This document shows positions 57,242-64,000 of a stretch of DNA of 64,000 bases, one piece after another. Below the pieces are notes generated by a model. That model had not been told where the DNA came from. It searched no databases and worked only from the letters and a program-made list of their open reading frames with translations. How positions within the stretch are numbered: position 1 is the first letter of the stretch; each line of letters begins with the position of its first letter. The position numbers and the translations under genes were made by a program. The stretch is from Azolla caroliniana (Eukaryota > Plantae > Polypodiophyta), in assembly GCA_043228905.1 (NCBI GenBank), contig JBHGNT010000018.1, forward strand, positions 6,386,001 through 6,450,000, given 5' to 3'.

Positions 57242-60200
57242 ATCTTCAATGTGGTTTATTTCTTCTATCATATGTTGAGTACATTCATAAATTAAACCCA
57301 TGGTTGCTCCTTCTCTATCTGACAATCTAAGAACTTTTAGGATTGGCTTGCATATCTTTACTATCTTCTTCATATTTGCCCAAAAGGAAGCATCAAGTAC
57401 AATTGAAACTATTTCTTCTTCTTGTTGTGTTTTCGATACTTTCCATTGACACCATTGTTCACTAACCACCATTCTTCTTAATCCACCTTTGACTCTATCA
57501 TCCAATAAGTTTGAAAACATGATAAAACTATAGACAAACCTAGTAGTGGAAGGCTTTAACAATTCTTTCTCACTAAACTTACGAAACATTGCCAAAGAAT
57601 GTTGTTTTTGTGTTATAAACACGATTAGCTTTGTAGCTAATTTCATAACATCATGAACCCAAGCACATTTTCCAATATCTTCAAACAACAAATCAAGGCA
57701 GTGACATGTGCATTTAGTAAAAAAGATCATGGGCCACTCTTTTTCTATCATCCTCCCAGCTGCCACACAATTTGTTGCATTGTCCATACAAACTTGCACA
57801 ACATTTGATGGGCCAATATCAAAAATAACCTCTTTCAAAATCTTAAAAATATACTCTCTTGATTTACATTCTCCACTAGTGTCAACTGATTTCAGAAACA
57901 TAGTGCCATATGCCGAAGTAGCCATGACATTAATTATAGGTCTATTCTTTGTATCTGACCAACCATCACTTAGAATCGTACATCCAACAATTTTCCATTT
58001 TTCTCTAATTCGGATAATCTCATTTTTAACATAATTCACCTCTTCATTCAAGTGCCTTCTACGTAATTGATTAGGAGATGGTGGCTTATAAGAAAGCCCA
58101 GCAAGTGCTATGGCTTTGATTAGGTCATGAAAATATGCACTTCCCGCTTTTACATTTGGTACATCCTCTACAAAAAAACACCTCCTAATAGCTTCATCAA
58201 CATTTTTATCAAGTTGTTTTTGCCATGACACTTTCAAGGGTTCGCCATTGTCTACTTTCATCTTTTTATTTGTTGATGCATTAACAAAAGATGATGAAAG
58301 CATTTCATTGATAGATGTTGACTCCACAACATCAACATTTGCACTACTTTTTTCAGCATTGCATTTCATTGATGATCCCCCATCGACATCAACATTTGCA
58401 TAACTAGTGTTAGATATCATTTTTTGTACTTCAACTTTTTTGATAGCATCAATTTGACAGCATTTGTCAACACCGAAACCTTTCGTGCCCAATAGGTGAG
58501 CTCTAATTCGGAAGGGGCTACCAACAAATACATGTTGGCAATGTTTGCATTGAACAACGGGCATACCCTTATCAGGTTTTCGCACAATGGTCACATGATC
58601 CCATTCAAAGGCCTTTTGCTTCACCATTTTAGTAAATTATCCTCTCAACAGAAATTTCACCCTGTTAATAAGCTAATTACCTTCCACTGATATTGGGAGA
58701 GATTAATTTGATGTAACATAAAAAACATTCAACATGAGATAGAGGGGAAACATAATCTCAATCATCAAACATAATTTCTGAACAAAAGCTTGAATAAAGA
58801 AGAAATAGATGAGAATCGAGAAGAGAGACTTACTGATTTCAAAGTGGCATCAACATCAATTTCAGCCAAACCCTAATTTTTAGGGAACAAGATGCAAGAG
58901 GAGGTGAGAATTAGGCATCACATAGAAGAGACAAGGACATAGCCGAACCCTAATTTTCTGCCTTCAAGGTATCTATCACGATTCACTACTCGTTGTAGGT
59001 TGTTCGTCGTTCACTGTTCGTTGTTCGAGCTATTCTCTGCTCCCTATAGACCGTTCTTTGTTCACTACTCTTTGAAAACACAGTTTTTCAAAAAAAAAGA
59101 AAAACACAAATACTTGACTTCCCATTCTTATTCGTATTCGTTTGCATTCGAATGGGAATGCCCACGAATGCGAATATGTCAATCTATGGCTATGTTCTAT
59201 GTATGTGCATTGTATTCCATGTGTGTATGTATGTATATGTTTTGTACTTGTGCTTAAGTATGTATTGTATGTATTATATGTATAGCATGTATGTGTATGT
59301 TCTATAAATGTGCATATGTATTGTATTGCATGCATATATATGTATGTGTATGTATTGATGTGTATAATATTTATGTATGTACATGTTGTATTGCATTGCA
59401 TTGTATTGTTTTAATTGCATTATTGTATATATGCATTGTATGTATGGCATGTGTGCATGTGTATGTATGACATACATATTGTGTTGTGTTGTATGTATGG
59501 CATGTGATTATGTATATATATGTATGTGTTGTGTGTATATGCATGTATGTACATGTTGTATTGCATTTTATTGTATTGTATCATTTTGTATTAATTGCAT
59601 TATTGTATATGTGCATTGTATGTATGGCATGTGAGCATGTGTATGTATGTACATATGGTACTGTGTTGAATGTATTGTATGTATGGCATGTGACTATGTA
59701 TAATGTATGTATGTGTTCTGTGTGTATGTTCTATATAGGTGGATATGTATGTATTGTATGTATGGCATGTGTCCATGCACATATGTGTTATATGTGTGTA
59801 TGTGCTATATGTGTGTCTGTATTCTATATTTCTACGTATGTATGTGTGTGTTATATGTGTGTATTTTCTATTGATGTACATATGTATGTATTGTATGTAT
59901 GTCACGTGTGTATGTGTATATGTGTTACGTGTAACTATTCATGCATACATACACACATACAACACACACCACAAACATATATACACATATGCACGTATGT
60001 ATGTGTGTATGTATGTACATATTGTATTGTATGTATGCATGGATGTATGTATGTACATGTATGGATGTAAGTTGGTAACATTTATACAAGTATCATTGTA
60101 GGCATGTGTACCTATAACGTGTAACAGTGTATGAATGAATATATGTATGTCCATATACGAATGCATATATGTGTATACATGTAATATGTAATGTATTCAT

Positions 60201-60890
60201 GCATGTATATTTTTGGTGTATTTATCGTGTTTAGTATGTGTATGGCTCATATATGGATGTATGTTTGCAATATCACATAATATGCATGCATATATTATCC
60301 AATGTATGTGTAAGCATACGTATATCTAATGTGTGTGTGTGTGTGTGTGAGTATTGTAACTTGTATGATCCTGTATGACCTATATATATAGTGATATGTG
60401 GAATATGTATGTATGTACCTATATGCATATATGCATGTGTCAATGCACATGATTTAATGTGTCTGGATGTGTGTTTATAATATGTGCATAATATGTATGT
60501 ATATATCTAATGTATGTATGTGTATGCATATATGTACTATTATAGTGTGTATGACCATGTGTGTGTCTATGTTCGTGTATGTGGTGATATGTATGTACAT
60601 ATGTAATGTATGTATGTATGTTTGTAAAATTTGTATATGTAACATTGTAGGCATATGTATGTATATATGTGTAGCAATCTATGAATGTATATATGTATGT
60701 ACATGTATGAATGCACGTATGTGTATATATGTAACGTATTATTTTTGGGATATTTTCATGTCTAGTATGTGTATGAATCGTATATCATTATGTTTTCAAT
60801 ATGTACGTAATATGTAATCATATATCCTATGTGTGTGTATTTATGTATGCATATATGTAAGTATTGTAGGTTGTATGGTTCCATATAACC

Positions 60891-60921
<31 letters not shown>

Positions 60922-60982
60922 GTAATGCAGTGTATGTATGTGTATGTAAATTGGTATATTGTGTAATATGAATGGATCATAT

Positions 60983-61718
60983 CATAGTATGAACCATACG
61001 TACCATTCGTGCATTCGTGTTCGAGAATGATTCAATCATTCGAGAATGATAAACACCATTGAAGAACGATAAATACCATACTTTTGGATAAATGATTTAC
61101 TATAAGGTAAATATTTTTTTCACGGTAAAAAAAATTTAAAAATTGCAAAAAAAAAACACATTACCTTCTTAATAACAATATGTTTTTTTCGTAAATCTAT
61201 TTATTGTAATTTTTGTGCGTATAAATTTTGTACTACATAGCTTAGTATGTGTGTATAGACATTACACGAATTACTTCAAAATGATAGAAATTATAGACAA
61301 ATTAAAGCAATTACAAGGTTTATAGAATAATTACAGAAATTTTAGAATAATTTCATTACGGAAATTTCAGTAATTTCATTATAGAAATTTCATTTCATAC
61401 ATTTCATTACAGAAATTTCATCACAGAATCTTCAGAAATTTCATTACAGAACTTTAAACCCTATATTATTAACCCTAAATATACCTGAATCTCGTTGGTA
61501 AGTAGATCATTTGAGGCTAGGTGGGAGAGGAGAGGAGAGTGTAACGTTACATTGATGTGTAGAGGAAAATGGGGAAAAAGAGGGAAAAAAAAAACGAAAA
61601 AAAGAAAAAAAAAACAAGGAAAAAAAAAACACACGAATATTTGAATATCATTTGTGTTCGTTTTCCAACGTAGGAAAACAAATGATATGGTAGACAAACA
61701 CGAATTTTATGTACTATG
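60983..61718. mobile_element. hAT-type MITE (CATAGTA termini), longer copy
   Basis: CATAGTA...TACTATG, perfect 8-bp TSD GATCATAT, internal ATTTCATTACAGAA repeats. Confidence 0.92.
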
Positions 61719-61819
61719 GATCATATGATATGTAATATGTAATTTTTATGCATGTATTACCATCTGTCAATACATATGGCTTATTATAATATGTATGTAG
61801 CATGTATGCATTTACATAT

Positions 61820-62340
61820 TTGTATTTATTTATTTATTTTTATTTTCCAAAGAAGAATATACTCCATTAGTTAAAATGATATACAATACACAACATTAGA
61901 CATTACCTACTTCCATATGGGCTACATCACTTATTTATCTTACACTAAATAGCCCACATGTTTGTTCTCCATGTTTGTCGTGTCATTCACGCCCCTATAT
62001 CATCTAATGGGAGGGGGGAACAACCATCTCGGTACTACGTACTGCCATCGTATATCCACTCCAATTTCTACAACCATTGGTGTAATACACCATCGTTTTC
62101 TGAAATTCAACCTCATTAAATCTGAGGCATCATTTGTTTCATCAATCCGCTCATATTGGGCCCTTAATGTAGTTATTACCCTGTGCCATATTAGCTTAAT
62201 AGATTTTGCTGGAGGCTGTTTGTCTGCTGAAAATACCCTGGTACATCTTGCGGTCCAAATGTTCCATATGATAATGGGTGCTAGCAACATCCATAGATCT
62301 TCAAATTTCTGCTTCTAGGCATTACTTCTAGGTGCATTGT
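61820..62340 (-). mobile_element. 5'-truncated L1-like LINE 3' end
   Basis: ORF 62000-62290 has IIWNIWTARCTRVFS (L1 W.IW..RN..VF motif) and an (AAAT)n tail at about 61820-61845. Absent from the aligned region of hAT copy 1. Confidence 0.75.
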
Positions 62341-62740
62341 TAACATATCTACATATGGTAATATATATTTGTATACATATTCATGTTTAGTCAATATGCA
62401 TGTATAAATGGGTGTAATGTATGTATATACATATTTATGGATGTAATGTTTAAATGTAGGTACATATATGCATGTATGCATGTATATGTATGTATGCCAC
62501 TCTAAATTTGACTATTGTTTGCACAATATATTCTTTATTATCTCATTGAAATATCTAATATTTCATGGGCTTATGTAATTTTTTTCTATAGCATAATTGA
62601 TAATATCCTTATGTAAATATATTTTTTATGCATTTGTTAATACCCTTATATATATACATTATGTATCTTAATGGTTAATTTAAACCCCTTTTGATGAACT
62701 CATGTGCTATCATACAAGTTTTCATAGTGAAGCCCCCGGG

Positions 62741-63700
62741 CAAACACTCCACTAAGGAAAAAATTTCCACTTGCTCCAATAAAGAAAATTGTCACATTAG
62801 TATTCTCTTCAACTTTCAATGACATAGATATGCTTTCAGTTCATGCCTACCATCAAATACAAAAGCATTACACATATCCCAATTATGATGCAATCCCCAA
62901 TACCTCAAAAATAGGAAAACGATCTCCATCTCTAATTTTGGGTCAACCTGTGTAAATCGTGCAAACACCCATTGTCAAGGCTTCAAATAACACCGTGATA
63001 AAACTTGCCAAATTTGTCTCTTTCTGTCTCTATGTTTGTTTGCCGGTCTCTTTGTTTGTATGTTTGTCTGTTCTTGGTGAAAGCCCACAATTATATTCAT
63101 AAATGTGTCTGAAATGTATGCACAAATGAGTGTGATCACCTCTACAAAGGTATATGTAAACCAATAACCATAGCATTGTAAAGCATAGATTAAACTTTAG
63201 ATATAACATCATCTTTAGGATCTTATATATTAATATATAACTAGAATTTCTTATCAACATATTAAAGGCAATGATCTCACAACGTGATTTAGCATCCATG
63301 TTCTTCTTTCATCAGTAATCGTACTTGAAGTAAACTATTGCCACTTTCTCTTTGACAAATATATACTTTCCATAAGGGGTTGTCAAGTTGCCTTTGTCAG
63401 TCATTTGCTTGAGATTGAAACGAATGGGGAAGAAATCCATTGCAACACATTATGGAATTCTAGAGGTCTAGCAGCACCTGTTCAAATTCTAGAGGTTTTG
63501 TGACATGTACTCAGATTTGGGGGATCCATGCGGTAGAGGTTCAAGTGTCGGCCATATTAGTGGGTGTAAATCATGCAATATCCACAAGCCGTGTGCTTTG
63601 TTTCTTAGAATAGATAAGATGTGTCGTGAAGATGATTATTAACAAAAGCGTGGGCATGGGCATGGGCATGGGCGTGGGGCTTGTAGGTGAAGGCTTATTA
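62741..63700 (-). mobile_element. Degenerate L1-like LINE remnant (continues 47434-47544)
   Basis: 62749-62935 aligns with 29570-29750. IWQVLSRCYL near 62985-63015 matches IWQAFSSCYL near 22324. Right boundary uncertain. Confidence 0.55.
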
Positions 63701-64000
63701 TCTCCTCAATTGAGTCGTGAAATATCCATTGGAAACAATATGGCCAGATTAGTAACCATGGTATCCATTTCCTGACCGGTAAAGCAATATGACCATTGAC
63801 TATGTCACAAATAAGACCGGATTTGAAACTATGGTATCCATTGCTTTTTTCAGACAAAGAAACCATATTGCTTTTTTGTGACAAAGAAACCATGGTTTTA
63901 AAAACCACTCGTCTGTTTTATAAGTCACAATGCTTTTGTTACAAGTCAAAAAAAAAAACCTGGAAAGAAATAGAACCACAAAAGCGCTCTAGATAAAAAT

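Larger units (their letters stand above)
50965..58627 (-). pseudogene. hAT transposase (BED zinc finger, DUF659/RNase H-like, hAT dimerisation domain), interrupted at 51736-57241
   Basis: CKHC...RIRAHL...C, ILSDGWSD, VVQVCMDNATN, CTCHCLDL, TTRF. Rejoins as EINHIED|VDCIMLDE...SPLHATGFILHP, then LAIRVLSQ..CASSCERNWSTF..IH..KRNRL. 105-bp acidic tandem duplication at the 3' end. Confidence 0.93.
50660..59188 (-). mobile_element. Transposase-encoding hAT element (CATAGA termini), split by a Copia
   Basis: TIRs CATAGACTGACACAT / ATATGTCAATCTATG, subterminal ATTCG repeats, imperfect TSD GTATGTTC / GCTATGTTC. Confidence 0.8.
59189..62500. repeat. TATG/TG-rich tract (body of hAT copy 2), with MITE and LINE insertions
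   Basis: Homologous to 26779-28745, e.g. GTGTTTAGTATGTGTATGGCTCATAT at about 27475 and 60227. Confidence 0.88.
47545..62740. mobile_element. Non-autonomous hAT-type element with CCCGGGGG termini (copy 2), with cargo and nested insertions
   Basis: TIR CCCGGGGGCTCCACTAT / ATAGTGAAGCCCCCGGG. Perfect 8-bp TSD CAAACACT. Flanks rejoin to match the uninterrupted paralog at 29430-29750. Confidence 0.93.

Noticed and set aside
57236-58627. Domesticated or intact host hAT-derived gene, or transposase of the CCCGGGGG family
   Set aside because: Split by a Copia, frameshifted downstream, and enclosed by its own CATAGA TIRs.
63650-63900. (GGGCAT)n and 33-bp repeats near the window end
   Set aside because: Too short and close to the edge to assign. 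Possibly a TE subterminal region.

Overview
This window is eukaryotic, plant-type heterochromatin made almost entirely of nested transposable elements. The TE set and captured genes suggest a non-seed land plant such as a fern, lycophyte or bryophyte (inference only). I found no intact host gene. Most junctions could be resolved by eye from terminal motifs and target-site duplications (TSDs). (1) 1788-11564 is a head-to-tail array of three 2981-bp units plus a closing LTR. The unit is a Gag+protease-only, tRNA-Trp-primed Gypsy-type element, and its internal LTRs are 3'/5' chimeras. The array sits in the gag of a related Gypsy element, which sits in a minus-strand Copia that also hosts two more Copia insertions. 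(2) Two non-autonomous hAT-type elements with CCCGGGGG termini and 8-bp TSDs (23106-28988, 47545-62740) have TATG/TG-rich bodies. Each carries a different host-gene piece: an intronless glycine-rich RNA-binding protein copy, or a 60S acidic ribosomal protein P3 fragment. (3) A Copia (29859-46454) has both LTRs interrupted at equivalent positions, by another Copia and by a near full-length RTE-X-like LINE. (4) A hAT transposase element, split by a Copia, is nested in the second non-autonomous hAT. The most unusual signals are an antisense tRNA-like Pol III cassette (A box, B box, T-run) near the 5' end of every Trp-Gypsy LTR, the CpG-centred 4-bp target sites of those elements, the seemingly identical tandem array, and the gene-capturing microsatellite-bodied hATs.
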